A DNA stretch of 61,506 bases, counting the filler, from Choristocarpus tenellus KU-1152 (taxonomy: Eukaryota; Protista; Phaeophyceae), in NCBI GenBank assembly GCA_964200185.2. It is 11 parts of 11 records of this genome, joined end to end, with 100 filler letters (N's around TTAATTAATTAA, not from the genome) between each part and the next. Parts side by side here need not be neighbours in the genome. Positions count along the whole stretch, not along the records: positions 32,741 to 41,720 come from CAXNAD020004137.1; positions 41,821 to 47,893 come from CAXNAD020009011.1; positions 47,994 to 51,629 come from CAXNAD020018816.1; positions 51,730 to 54,458 come from CAXNAD020025250.1; positions 54,559 to 61,506 come from CAXNAD020006993.1; 6 more parts are not named here. One strand, given 5' to 3'. Below the pieces are notes generated by a model, which was given only the letters and a program-made list of their open reading frames with translations, did no database searches and had not been told where the DNA came from. This document shows, piece after piece, positions 39,232-57,526 of the stretch. A program made the translations under genes and the position numbers. Numbering within the stretch: the first letter of the stretch is position 1; each line of letters starts with the position of its first letter.

Positions 39232-41982
39232 CCAGATACATTATGCCAAGCTGAGGTTCCACCATTCATAGACTTCTTCCGCTCTGCATCAGTGAGAGCA
39301 CACTGACAACATAATGTGCCGGAGGGATCCCCTTGTGAAGACTGACTGTACTAGTATTGAAAAAGCTGTTCGGAAGCAGAGAATCTTGTTTATTAGCAGG
39401 ATTGTAGAAAAGGCAGCTCAAGCACATCATCATTTTGCACGTATAGCAATGAAGTAGAATGGATTGCTCAGGGTAAGACAGATGCCTTAGAATACAAAGA
39501 GGGTTCAAACCTGCCTACCTCTTAGTTGGTTTGACTCTGCCTAATCTTGAGCCCCTCTTCTCTCTTTTTTTGGTGCACTATAAGACCATTTTTACTTTTG
39601 CTGGAGTTTTCTTTGATTTTCCTTCTCAAGTGGTGTGATGGATGGACTGAGACCTGGCAAAGTCCTTTTCTTTTTTTTCCCTTTTCTGGGTTTCTTTGCC
39701 CGAACGATCTGGGATGTGTTAGTGTATCAAGGTAGATGGCATCCCTCAGGTCTTTGAACAATTGATTTTCTGCAGTTTAATCTTTCTTTCTTTGCCCATC
39801 TCCCCCTTTTCTCTCCTCTCTTATGTAGTGTACTTCTATATTTTTGTGGTGTATGATGTCTCCCTCTGGCTTCCTTAATGACCACAAGCCGAGGACCTCT
39901 CAGATTGATGTCACAAGCAATATCAACAATAACAACAATAATAACAAAATATATTCATAATTATAATCATAGTAAACATCGTAATCATTATAGTCATCAT
40001 AATCATAATCACTGCTTATTGTATCATAATTTCCCCTCGCCCAGCCAGCTGCCTGTACACATTATTTGGCAGGTTATACATCTAAAACAGAAAACTAACC
40101 ACTGGCTTACTGCTGGACACTGCTATGAAAAAAAGGACACATTAATCATAAAAAGACGCTCCGAACTATTTTTATGATGATACAACAAGCTGAACTTGAT
40201 GTTATGACAGTTGATTTTGAGGGTGATGATAAGGGTCGGTACATTTTTTTGTCTACTACAAACAACACTATACATGTTGATAGTAGTAGCGGTGGTGGTG
40301 GTGGCGCAAAGTCTTCAGTAGGCAATGAGATGGGGAGAGTCTACATTTCTTGTTGGGATAGATTGTAGTGACGATTATAGACTCGAACTTCAGAGGTATT
40401 TACATCGTTTTTTCATTGTATCATTGCTTTCACAACACACGATTGCTTGCGTACCATGAAATATGGTTATTGGAATGCGATTTATAACTGTTAATAACAT
40501 TAACTAAGTGTCGGTGATACATGTTCCAGCTAAAATACACTCAGTGCAGAGCATAGTGGTCGATTGCCATCTACCTTCTCGTTGACACAGTGCAATTTGG
40601 TTAGCTTCAGGGCATAGAATAGCACCCAGTATCGGTGTGATACTAATCGATTTTGATTAGTGTTAGAGGTCAAATGCTTTATCCTCATCTAATTGTGCGT
40701 GAATTACTTAAATTCTCGCTGTTAGTTCCGCCATCTTAGGAACACCCCACTCATTCTTGATGCTGCGAACATTGTTCGCTAAATTTAATGTCGGTTAATT
40801 GTGAGGATTGGTAGGGTCTATTACACAGAAAGGGTGAGAAAGCAGAGCCCGACATTTGCTCATATATGCAGACTCGGTATGTTCGAGTCGCAGTTTGAAA
40901 TCAGACACACCAAGCACCAGATGAAATGCTTCTTTCAATGAACAGCAAGCTATAGTTTCGGACCACCGTGTGATGAACGGTTTGCGTGATTTTGTGCTCA
41001 CCTCCTTTCCCTCAAAACCTGAGAGCATGTCATGTATGTGCTCAGAGAGGTGTCGATCAATGTTGAGGGCACTGGTTTCCCGGTCTTGACCCAACACCTT
41101 GCCAACTCTGATCGCAGAGCCACATTGCTACTCCTAGTTCATGAAGGGGGTTAGTGTATACAACTAAGAAGAGCTACATAGAGTACAACACATCAAAGTG
41201 TAATCTTTAGATGGAGAATATATGCAACAAAATATAGTGCGGTATTGATATTATCTATGCCAGAGTGATTATCTTGATGTATACGATCACCTGACCGGCA
41301 GACAGCCTACCTTTACTGATATCAGGAGGTGAGCAAGTCTATAAAAATTCCAGCGTCTATACTGTTGTGAGTCGTGAAGATTCGATCGAATTAGTTGTTG
41401 CAGTATATAAAAGGAAAACGGAGATTACTGTACTACACAATAGAACGTATGCACTACTCTCTTTGAACTTTCTTGCAAAGATCGGCGTTTCCTCGCAGCA
41501 TCACACGCACCTCGTGATCCTGACGGCTTCACGGATCTGACCTGGTGCACTGTGTGCACACTTGAGCTCAATCTTGTTAATAAAAGCACTTCGAGTCGGT
41601 AAATGTAACATTCACTATTATTTCTTTCGATTCAAAACAATTGTGGAAAGCATGTTTGTCCGTTATTATACCGTTATTGCCGTATTTCATATACCGTTAT
41701 ACCGTGGTACCGAGTGAGGTNNNNNNNNNNNNNNNNNNNNNNNNNNNNNNNNNNNNNNNNNNNNTTAATTAATTAANNNNNNNNNNNNNNNNNNNNNNNN
41801 NNNNNNNNNNNNNNNNNNNNGTGTATGAGAATGGTTGGACAACGGCAACATGCTTTCACTGAATCAGTGTCACAAAGGGGGGGGGGGGGCATCAGACTTC
41901 ACACCTATAAAGCATGTGAAGATTTGAAAGGCCAACGCCGCGAATATATCTCTGGCTCTTGATCACCTGTCTGTCAAGGTAA

Positions 41983-42560
41983 TTGAAGTCAGCTCGTCGC
42001 CAGGAGCCCAAAGCTTCAGCAATGGTTCAAAGTGATGGGCACAACAAAGGTGAAACTGTGCACTACCCGAGCCTGTTGCTGACCCATCGAAAGAACTGGG
42101 TAGACTTCATCCTTGACCAAGCAGCAAGGAACTGCATCAATTACATAAGCGGCATTAACATGTTTCATATCAACGAAGCATGGCTCTACCTCATCCACGA
42201 CGGGGCGTGTGGCCTGCATGTCCTCTGGCGAGGAAAGGGTGGGCTCCTTCCTGTAAGGTACAGCACAAGAGTTACATTCCTAGGGTTATGTTCATCTGCA
42301 CTGTTTTGCACCCATATCCTTGCTGCAATTTCAACAGCAAGATTGGAATCTGGCATGTTTGCGTAATCAGGCAGGTGCAAAGAAATTTGGTCCACCACTA
42401 GAGGGGCCTGCAGTACAACTTTGATATGACCATCGATGCTGAGTGGTTCCTTGCGTGGTAATATGGAGACTTTCCCCCCTGCATTGAAGAAAAAATGTCG
42501 CGATTGGAGGTTGAGGAGGCGGCCGCGCTGCAGGATGAGCTACCCCTCATACAAGAAAAG
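41983..42560 (+). pseudogene. Degenerate Tc1/mariner (plant-mariner-like) transposase fragment
   Basis: PSLLLTHRKNWVDFILDQ...MFHINEAWLYL (HVDEKWFY equivalent), then KIGIWHVCVIRQVQRNLVHH*RGLQYNFDMTIDAEW, homologous to 55700-55890. Stops and frameshifts. Confidence 0.8.
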
Positions 42561-44625
42561 ACAAGCCGTGGAAGATCAACCAAGCTGGGAGGGAGGGAGG
42601 GAGGGAGAATAGAACGTCAAGCTCGTAACGCAGCCTGCTCAGTCACTTCATCTCAGTATCAATGATTTGAGGTTCTTCACATCCCTAAAAAGTAGAGTTT
42701 GGAGGGAGCGTTACGGTACAACAGACGAACTTGTGAAAGTGGTAAAGAGCATGTACAGTGCGTATGATGCACCTATTTTAGGAGGGTGTGTCAGAGCCTC
42801 TTTAAGTGGAAAAATCAAGTTTTGAAAGCATTAGCTAGGGGTACCGTTTTCAACGTACAGCACACCGGAACAAAGTAAAGGCAGAGTGGGGATATGTGCC
42901 AAAATCAGATAGAATCAGCAGAGGGGCTTTTCAACACGGCGGTGGATTGGTGGATTGATTGACACGAGGAAAGCATGGAAGAATGAATTTCACGTAAAAA
43001 GCATCAAGGAATTCAACAAAAAAAATGTTTTTCCATCAGAGGTTAGGTTACACCCTTAACATCACAGACTTCAGGGACAGAGTGAGTTCATTGTTAGTGC
43101 CAGTAAATAAAACAGGCTGAGCCAGCAGAGGGGTTCACACTACTGCTTAAAAAACATACCAAGTTGTCAGCAACGGACAAGAACATACTGCTTGCAACTC
43201 TCCACGACAGGAGGTTTTCGGACACAGCTAGCCACGGAATCGGAAGTGCATTTATTCCTGCCCAGTAGTGTAACATGCATGGAAAGGTGCTAGATGCACG
43301 TGGGTGAAGAGGGTGGTCAAGACGAGGCCTCAAGAGGTTGGTTGTGCATGCAGAAACTGTACACAGGCAGGCAAAGCAAGCGTGCACGAAAGAAGTGATG
43401 ACAAGTGCAACGAACTTGACGAAACATGATCTCAAACCAGAAAAAAGAAACCCGAGGTTTGTTTTTAATCTGCTTGTTATCCTTAACGAGTGAAGGAAGT
43501 AAGCGAGAGAGGCATGTCCACCAGGCTCAATGACGAAGAATAGAAAAAAAAGTTTTTTTTTCCTTACAATAATATCATGATGCATTACTCTGGACGGACT
43601 TGGAAAAATAAATAAGACTGAGAAGAGTGGAACGACAACCCCCCAAAGAGGAGATACACGTCCATGGTAACATTGCGAGTACTCTTCATCCTACGAATTA
43701 AAATATTCTCGCACAGCAGCCACATTCACAAGGGTAACTCTTCATTGGAAGAAAGGCGAGGCGCAAAAATATCCGCCTTGCTACATCTGCAGCATGTACA
43801 TACATCACAACAAGAGCGAAAAACAGGAAGAGTGCATGGGCCGTGCTGGAAAAAGATGTAGGCAACATGCTTGTCAACAACTCCCATCGAACCCTACAGG
43901 TGATGGTAACAAAAAAAATTGCAAGTACTGGATTCCGCATTCCGTGTGGAGAAAGAAGACGCGGCACTCAAAAGATTGAAAAATCTCACTCAGACCGGAA
44001 AAAAACAGTAGTAAGGAGCGACAATCGCGGTGCCGGTGGGAAGGCACAAGACACACACAACCAAGCGTACAAGCATCCCCCGTCAAATATAGCGTAAGGA
44101 CAGTTTCAAGCGGCTCATGCACAACAACCATACTTCCATCATCTCCAGAACCCGAACCCTGCAGTTCTTCTGATTCAAGTTTGTCCAAAGAGATCTGAGC
44201 TTAGGTCGCGCTTCTTTCTTACCTAAGCCTGGACAAACCTCCTCCCACCTCTCTCTGTTTAACGTGCCTTTACCTGGGCGACGACACACAAACACACAGA
44301 GAGAGAGACAGTCAATGAAAATGGTCCAGTTAGCTACAAGCAACTTCCCATGCATCTTTCCTCGCGCTCTGCCATCCAATCGGAATAAAATCCAATCACT
44401 CGTTGCCACAACTTAACACGCACACACGCACACACACACATACACACACACACACGCACAACTAGCTGCATCTTTCCCGCCTTCTACGAACCTACAAACA
44501 CCTTGCAACACTCGATATTGTTAAGGCACCCCTTACGCTACCTCTTCCTTCACACTAAAGGACCTACCACACCCTGTCATAATTCCTAGCCTTGCTCCCT
44601 ACCACAACCAAAACTGCTACCATAT

Positions 44626-46728
<2,103 letters not shown>

Positions 46729-47529
46729 CTGCACATATAACAATCGAGGTACACAAGAGGGGGTTACAAAAAAAAAAAGCAACAAGAAAGGATAACAAAA
46801 CAAATAAAATAAAAAGATCGTAGGTAGATAGATGAGATCCAGAACGGGACGCGATCGATACACGCTCAAGAAGAGGATGGCCTCGTCTGCCCGGAGAGAT
46901 CGGTCGAATGCTCAGGCTAAGCCAAACCGTTTCGTGCTAACGACAACCAATCAGACTCCAACCCGGGGATGCAAATAAAATAATACACATACCCGACAGC
47001 ATCCTGCAGCCCACGAGCGATAATTATCAAAAAAAATATCAGAGATCACTGCGGACTGAGACGTTGGAGGAGGGTCTATCGACAAGTTGGTTGGCAGGAA
47101 TACAATCACATCACATGGACACCTGCACCAAGGCAGGGGAAAGGGTACTCTTCACCAAAAACGCCATTAGTTTCTTATCTAGGACGACAGAGACTCATTC
47201 AAACACTACACATTATTATCTTACCTTACCAGCAAACCTCGTCCTCACTTACAGTTTGCTGTCCTATCCCAGACAGGGGGGGGGGTCTATTCAGGCCGTT
47301 TCAAGAATTTGAAAACATCTGAACCATTTCAGCCGAACACCCCCATTGGGGCAAAATACAGGTAGCCCTAACCCTAACAATGGAAACTTTCAGTAACAGA
47401 AGGGGAGACAGTCATTTCACCCATGTAAGCTTGAAATCACCCTCCGGTGGTGATCTCGTAGCACAAACCACTTCGAGGCAGTGGAAAGGACCCCAAAATA
47501 CTCAGCAACATCCCCCTTGAACAAAGATA

Positions 47530-47643
47530 GTACCTACTCCACAACATTTTGGAATAGGAAAAATGCAATTTAAAACTCATGGGAAGCCAAGCCTTAAATG
47601 GACAAACAGGGCAAAACTCGTACCCTCTAAGATACTTTCACTC
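47530..47643 (+). mobile_element. MITE family A, right-end fragment (another at 54559-54625)
   Basis: ...AAATGGACAAACAGGGCAAAACTCGTACCCTCTAAGATACTTTCACTC. Confidence 0.8.
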
Positions 47644-47800
47644 TTTATCACTATCCCCCCTTCTCTTGATATTGACAGTTACATTTCCATCACCCATCCA
47701 TATATATCAATACTACTAAACTGATACTACGTAGTACAAATACATGTATCCCCCAGATCTGTAGCACCTTCAAGCCACTCTTGTTCCACTCTGAAAATAC

Positions 47801-47852
<52 letters not shown>

Positions 47853-48699
47853 ACCCCACCCACCCAACAACCAACACAAAAACAACAAACACANNNNNNN
47901 NNNNNNNNNNNNNNNNNNNNNNNNNNNNNNNNNNNNNTTAATTAATTAANNNNNNNNNNNNNNNNNNNNNNNNNNNNNNNNNNNNNNNNNNNNGGGCCGG
48001 GGCGCTAGTCAGCGCAGTGATCTACACCAGGGTGTCAATTTGGACTAAAATCAGGAAAAGTGCATTTACATTATCCATCCAACGCATTTTACGAAATCAC
48101 CCAAAAATTACGACATGAAAAAATTGACCCCAAATGGACAGCCGCCACCCCCCTAGATACTTTGAGTCAGAATCCATCACGAAGTCACGGCGTACAATAC
48201 CCATCAATGAACAGATCCATATTCTGTGCTTGTATTGTGCATTTTGTGATCACAAGATGAAAAAGGGCCAAGAACGAGTCTCACTAGCGTCTGATAATGA
48301 CCGACCCAGATGTTTCCAGGTCTGCAGTCTCATGTTACGCTGTTGTACTCAGAGGTTACTTGTCCTGTACGCAGCTAGGATCTGAGCAAATCATTAGTTG
48401 CTCCCCCGGTAAATTAACTTTGTGGTCCCCCACCCCAAGGTGAATCTTCCCCTCTCCTGCATTCCACTAGAGACCATCTATGTCAATAGAGACAAGGGGA
48501 GGACCTTTGTCTATGTCCTGGCCCTTGTTTCCTCCTACTGTCCATTTGGGTCCAATGTTTTCATTTCGCGATTTTTGTGCGATTCAGTTACATACATCGG
48601 GTGGATGATGTAAGTGCACCTTTCCTGATTTTGGTCCAAATGGACGCTTGATGTAGACCCCCCGTTGACCTTACTGTGTTGGGGTGTGAAACACTAAGG

Positions 48700-50243
48700 A
48701 TGGAAAAGGTAACGTACTTCATCCCAGTCAGTTGGAGCAACAGTTGAATCTGGAGGCAAAAATGTTTCAATCAGTGGAGTGACCAATCTCGAAGGTCGCT
48801 ACACCTTGGTGAGTAGAGTGGCAATACTTACACCTGGCAAGAACTTACCCTCTAATAGAGATCTGACTAGGACACCTCCCGTAGTTCATGTAGTGTTTGA
48901 CAGGGTAATTCGAGGGTACGACAGTTTGCCTGGGTAGTATCAACAAGACTCTTGGCAAGGAGAAGTTGAAGAATAACCTATACCGTGCTGTGAGTGCCTT
49001 GAGAAGCCGAGACATCATGCAACCAGCAGCATGTCAAAGAGGTTGGTATGTGTGTTTTTGTTTCGATGCGGGAGAGGGAGACATGGCAAGTGGGGATTCA
49101 ACAAAACATGAACTGAGGGAGACCAATACCAGTATTGATTGAGGGTATTCAAAAAACATTGATCAAGAAGAGAGGACATCATATAGCAGTAGCCGTGGCC
49201 GTTCAGTAATGGCCAAGGCTATGCACTAACGAGGCTTACGGTCAGGCAAGCAAGAAGTCACACACCAAGAAGGTTTATTGATGAGAAGATGGGTGCTTTC
49301 TACAGGTCCCACTACCAGTATCTTACAAAGGAATCAGGGGGAGTCACCTTTGTTGACTTGCACTGATCTGCAGGGTAGAAAGTATTATTTTTATAGGCAA
49401 GCCTACATTGGGTTTCCGTTTTGAGGGCATGCAACTGTAGGGTGTTTATAGCACTTAGAATTATGCCTTTCTGCACAAGTACTCTCAAGTGCTCAAAAGA
49501 CTCAGTTGAGTATGCTTAACGACAACAATGGGGCATGCATCACAGAGATAACCTACATAAACTCGAGTCACAGTAGTGAAGAAGGCTAGTGAACCACTAT
49601 GGACAGAAATGATATTGAGGTGGCTCCCCTCCTGTGGACAGGGAACAAGAAGGATGCTCCTTCAAGGCTGACATTGGAAGGGGCCAAGTGAATGGGCCAT
49701 GCATGACCTTGCAAGCAACAGTGGTGGAGTTGTTCTTGTGTGATTGTGGAAAGACTTAGTTCAATTATTCCACCTTGTACATGATGCCACGTACATCTGC
49801 TAGTTGTCGAGCACAGTTAGATGCACTTTGCCTTGACTTGACATATTCTTGTGGTAATATTGCTTATCTGACCTTCGAGGGGTCAGAGACTTCAAATCCC
49901 TCCAACCACATACAGTACTACTAGTACTCAAGCGTACATGGTTGCATCATATACGGTGTCCTTCCCTACTATCCTGAATGTCATATTCCGCTTCTATCTT
50001 ACTTGTGCTTGATTGCGAGAAGTAGCCCACTCCTCCAGACCTCCTTGAAAATGTTTTCCATCTACGGTTGTTTAATATCTTGACACTAGCAAAACAAACT
50101 TTCTGAGACTCTGGAGTTATAAGGAAACGCCTTGCTGCGCCTCAGTCACATCGACAACAGGAAGGCTACCTTCAGAATAACTAAAACACTCTATAATCTT
50201 GGCAGAAGGCTACAATCAGGCTCTATACCCATACAGAGAGGAG
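48700..50243 (+). pseudogene. Probable highly degenerate Copia internal (pol) 3' region ending in a polypurine tract
   Basis: Lies directly 5' of PPT AGAGAGGAG and the LTR. Only faint RT-like fragments are readable; no intact ORF. The left boundary is approximate. Confidence 0.35.
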
Positions 50244-50587
50244 TGTGCAAAATAGGACAATAGTAAGGTGTACCTTATTTTGTGTATGAGAGATAGTCAT
50301 TTTGATTATGTCCATGTGATGTAACTAATGAGAAGGTACATCAGAATTATGAATGGAATATGTATAGGTTTTGTTGATTTGAATTCAACTACTTTGATTC
50401 TATTGTTGACTTCTGTAGGAAGCACAAGAAATAATAAAACAAGCAATGAGAAGAGACCCCACAACGGTCACTCTTCTAATTTCAACCATCCATTCTTTTT
50501 CACGTTCAGCAAAGGGGGTCGTGTGAGGCTTCACACCCTCTTATCTTCACTAGTGAGAATAGCATTACCTCCCAAGGAACTTGCACA
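50244..50587 (+). mobile_element. Ty1/Copia LTR (344 bp)
   Basis: Termini TGTGCAA...TTGCACA form a perfect 7-bp inverted repeat. Preceded by a PPT and followed by the Copia-type PBS GGTTATGAGCC. Confidence 0.85.
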
Positions 50588-50591
50588 GGTT

Positions 50592-51400
50592 ATGAGCCTA
50601 AGTAGTATGGAGACTGACCTGAAGAAACTTGCTGTCTGGACAGGGGCGACAGGAAGGTCATTGGAGACCTGGTCAACTTGGAGACTGTCACTGATCGCCT
50701 ATGCCGGTGGAAAGGGCTTGTACGAGATTACAACAAAAGGGACTACGAGATTCCCGAAACACCCACCACCATCTCTGGAGAGGCAGTGCGTATGGCACAT
50801 GCCACATACTCGAAGAATAACAAGGCGTTATGGTTCCTCCTTCTACAAACAACGAAAGGATCAGCATCCACGATTGTAGCGAAATACGAAAATGGAGGTC
50901 AACCAGACGGCAGAGGAGATTGGTTGGAGCTAGAACGAGTCTACGGTGGACGCACGGAGGACGAAATCCCCGTAGAAATAATCATGTTGGAGGCAAAACT
51001 CCGCGAATTACGGTGCACAGCGTCTCAGGACAGCACCGATTTTGTCGTCAAACTCGAACGAGTATTTTCGGAATTCGAGGAGCTCAAGGAACCTAAATCC
51101 GAAAACATGAAAAGGGCATCTATACTACTTGGAATCAAGGAATCAATGCCACTTGTGTTCGCGCAATTGATAACACGTCCGGACATCAGCTATGAAGAGC
51201 TCAAACGAGCAGTTATCTCGTCTACAACTTACCTTCACTCGGGTCAAGATGGTCATGATGGAGTATTAGCAATGTATGGCAATGTGAAGAACAGCCATGC
51301 TCGGAAGACCAAAAGATCAGCTGGAAGTGGCCTCAGACCAAACCAATGTGGATAATGTTTAAGGATAAACCATCGATGGCAGAATTGCTACCGATACTTA
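50592..51400 (+). pseudogene. Copia gag (UBN2-like domain and zinc knuckle), disrupted
   Basis: WSTWRLSLIAYAGGKGLYEI, frameshift near 50740, then NKALWFLLLQTTKGSASTIV...DGRGDWLELERVY...FVVKLERVFSEF...CG*CLRINHRWQNC with a stop inside the knuckle. Confidence 0.85.
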
Positions 51401-51793
51401 AATGGAAAGCCGCTGGCAACACGTCCGCCTGGGATGGCACCCAGAACATTTCCGCCACATCCAACTAGTGGGAGCAGCAACAAAGTCGACGGAAACCAAG
51501 CGCGCTCCTTCTCCAGTTTCAAGGTGACAGCAGACGAGGAGGTTAACTAAAGTGCGGTGTTCAACTCCCCCAGTGGAAGACAAGTCGAGATACAGTACCT
51601 ACCCCGATTTTGTTCACCCATGGGTATGCNNNNNNNNNNNNNNNNNNNNNNNNNNNNNNNNNNNNNNNNNNNNTTAATTAATTAANNNNNNNNNNNNNNN
51701 NNNNNNNNNNNNNNNNNNNNNNNNNNNNNCCAAGAGGTGCAAACAATGCTTCTTTCTCCCCCCCCCCCATTGCTGTCTCCTCCCTTATGTCAC

Positions 51794-54332
<2,539 letters not shown>

Positions 54333-55130
54333 TTAAAAAAGGAACACACCGAGAGCAAAGAATTGAAGGATTTTGAATTGATAGCACAAAAAATACAATA
54401 CATCACAGAAAGACACATCACAAACACACATCCCAGAGTTGGGTGGGGTGGGGTGGGGNNNNNNNNNNNNNNNNNNNNNNNNNNNNNNNNNNNNNNNNNN
54501 NNTTAATTAATTAANNNNNNNNNNNNNNNNNNNNNNNNNNNNNNNNNNNNNNNNNNNNCTGTGGGAAGCCAAGCCCCAAATGGACAAACAGGGCAAAAAT
54601 CGTACCCTCTAAGATACTTTCACTCAGCAGTTAGCATACCCACTGTCAGCCATATAGCCACGTTGAAACGTTCAATGACCATGGGCTTGGTTGGTTATGT
54701 ACGAACTTGGTTGTACATGGGCAACCAGCGGCCTCGGTAATGTTGAGTAGTTACAGCCATGGACTCGGACACGTTAGAACATTTAGTCTATGACCGGCCA
54801 GGCAATATGTTTCTGACACATCATGGCCATACCTTCCTATTTACTATTCACACTACCCGACAACTAAACAAAAAAAATATACTGACATTTCTGTTTTTCC
54901 TATTTTCCTATTTTATTTTTACTATTATTATTAACTATTAACATTCAAAATTGAATACCAATACATCGTCGTTGTGAGTTGGGTGTTTAGGTGGCTGAAG
55001 TGATTTGTAACTTCAAGATGTATTTTGACATTCACTTCTGAAGGGTGAAATGTGTGAATAATAGATGTGTATATCAATAAATTCCATGCATAGATGCCTC
55101 GAGACCTCCTCACTGCAAACAATAACCCCT

Positions 55131-56648
55131 CTCCACTGTCCCATAAGTCTGCGATTTTAAGGGTGTAACTTGTGGAGATGATCTCCGAGGAAAAGGCGTT
55201 TTGTTATGTTCGATTCCTTGATATTTTTGACATCAAAACAATCCTCCGTCGCTTTCCTCGTGCCCATCAACCTACCCAATCCACCACCGTGTCGAAAGTC
55301 CCTTTGTCGATTTTGACCAATTTTGGCACATTTCCCTCAAGCTACCTTTTCTTAGTTCCGGTGTGCTGTACCTTGAAATCGTTACCCCTTAGCGCCTTAA
55401 AAATTGATTGTACAGGTTAAAGAGGCTCTGCCACACCCTCCCTAAAGCAGCTGCGTCGTACACGCCGTACATGCTCTTTACGCCCTTCACAAGGTCGTCT
55501 ATCGTATCTCGTATTTGTAACGCTCTCTACAAACTCTACTTCTAAGGGATGCAAAAGAACCCCAAATCGTTGATATTGAGATCAGGCGACTGCATAGGCT
55601 GTGTTAAGAGCTTGACGTTCCGCCCCCCCTCCTTCTCGGCTTCGTTATGCTTGCACGGCGTTTATTTTCCTCGTATGGGGGGTGCTCCGTCCTGCTGCGT
55701 GACCACCTCCTCAACTTCCAACCACGCCATTTTTTCCTTCAATGCGGGGGGAAAAGTCTCCATGTACCACTCCCAGTACCACTCAGAGTCGATGGTTACA
55801 TTGAAGTCATACTGCTTCCCCCTCTCACCGTGGACTAAATTTCTCTGTGCCTGCTTGATGACGAAAACACGCCAGATTCCGACCTTGTCGTCATGATCGC
55901 GGGAAGGATATGGGCGCGAAACGGCGCAAATGAATTAGGAATGTGACTCTCGTGCTATACCTTGGCGGAGTCAACCCTGTCCTCCGTGACCCACCCTTCC
56001 GGGTGCCGTTTCTTACCGGGACGTAGCGATAAAGCGTAACGTAAGGTCAGCGCGTTTCGACCTTCCTCGCTCAGCCCACAATTGTTACTCCAGCCCGATG
56101 GACTCCCCGCGAAAGACAGCGGACTCGCCAGAGTGGCCATATTGTCTACAAACTCATGTCGCACATGGTCTGGAGGCTAAGCAAGAGTTGTACAACTCTT
56201 GGCGAGGTGGTGAGATGTTTTGTGACGATGGGGGGGGGTATTGTACGTATGGCAGATGGAGCACAAACACTGAAAATGGGACCGAAAAGAACCGTTTTTC
56301 GGTTCCACTTCACGGAACAGATGAGTAGAAGTATTTTCGAGGGTACGGGTTTTGGCCTGTTTGTCCATTTGGGGCTTTCCCATGGGTTCTTTTATGACAT
56401 TTTCCTACTTCGAAATGTTTAGGAGTAGGTAAAGTATGTATGTTACACAATAGCCAAAATTACATCAAAATCGCAACATTGGATTTTGGCCCCCAAATGG
56501 ACGCGGCTTAACCCTCTAAGGTACTTTGGCTCAAATGCAGAACTATTTCGGAACAAAATGCGAAAACAAAAATCACCTCAGAATAATTATATCCAGAGCT
56601 TCGATTTGCCCTATACACCATGGAAAGTGTTTGTATTCGAAGAGGGAG
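55131..56648 (-). mobile_element. Degenerate mariner element (about DD40D) carrying a MITE-A insertion
   Basis: Left end CTCCACTGTCCCATAAG, right end GAGGGAG|TA. Transposase remnant KVGIWRVF...VVTQQDGAPP...QPMQSPDLNINDLGFF at about 55550-55890. Confidence 0.8.
56323..56532 (-). mobile_element. MITE family A copy nested in the mariner element
   Basis: GAGTAGAAGTATTTTCGAGGGTA...AACCCTCTAAGGTACTTTGGCTC, flanked by AGAT/AAAT. Confidence 0.85.
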
Positions 56649-56682
56649 TATATTTTGCTTTGCTCACGACCTCTGGATCATC

Positions 56683-57363
56683 ATTAATTATTCTTTGTTT
56701 GCATTTCACCTATTCTACCCCCCCATTGTAACTCCACCTGTCAACAACCAGTCCCAGGCCCCCCTCACTGATTTCCAGTCACCAACCACATTATATGACC
56801 AACCAGTGCGACCCCTTCGCCACTGATTTACAGTCACCACCACTTCCCCCTCCACCCCACCATTCAACCCCACTCAACCCTATGACCCTTTCCACCACTT
56901 CCGGTCCACCCCACCACTCAACACCATTCCACAATCATCCAAGAACACTCCTCCATCATCCACTTAAATATCGTGCCTTGAACTAGAAGACATCTACTCC
57001 GCCTGGACTTGACCTCTCCCCCCCTGCTCCCCAGCATCCCAATCGGTTGTGAGCAATCGAAAGGGTGAGTGGGCAGGAATGATTGCTCGGAGATTGCCTT
57101 GTTCTAGCCCTGCTTTTCCTGTCCCACCAACCTCAAGTTTTCCTTATGTTCTGATCTATCCCTTCGTATCTCATGCTTCCACCTACCACCCATTCTTTTC
57201 ATTTTTCTCCTACCTCTTCCTCCTCCTAGCCATTCAGTACTTAACTCTTCGTCCACCTTTTCATTATTTTTATTACCCTTATCAGCACCCTGTTCCTCAT
57301 TCATCATTCCTTCCAGAATTCTCCCACCCACAAAACTCGGATTACTTCATGAAATTTCCCACT
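56683..57363 (-). repeat. Interspersed SINE-like repeat, copy 2
   Basis: Colinear with 24055-24857 and shares the same right boundary (aactc.gattacttcat.aa.tttccc). Confidence 0.75.
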
Positions 57364-57526
57364 TTTTATGGTTTTGAATCAAGAAAGTCCAGAGAAGATT
57401 TGAAAGAGTACTATCTACTCCCTCTGTTTGGGTTGAATAAACACCTATGAGTTTGGAAGGTCGGTATGTCACACCCTGGCGACACCCTGGGACAATGAAG
57501 TTCTGGGAAGATAGGATGTTTGTATA

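Noticed and set aside
39500-41600. Possible minus-strand hypothetical gene
   Set aside because: Open stretches exist, but no consistent splice chain or recognisable domain.
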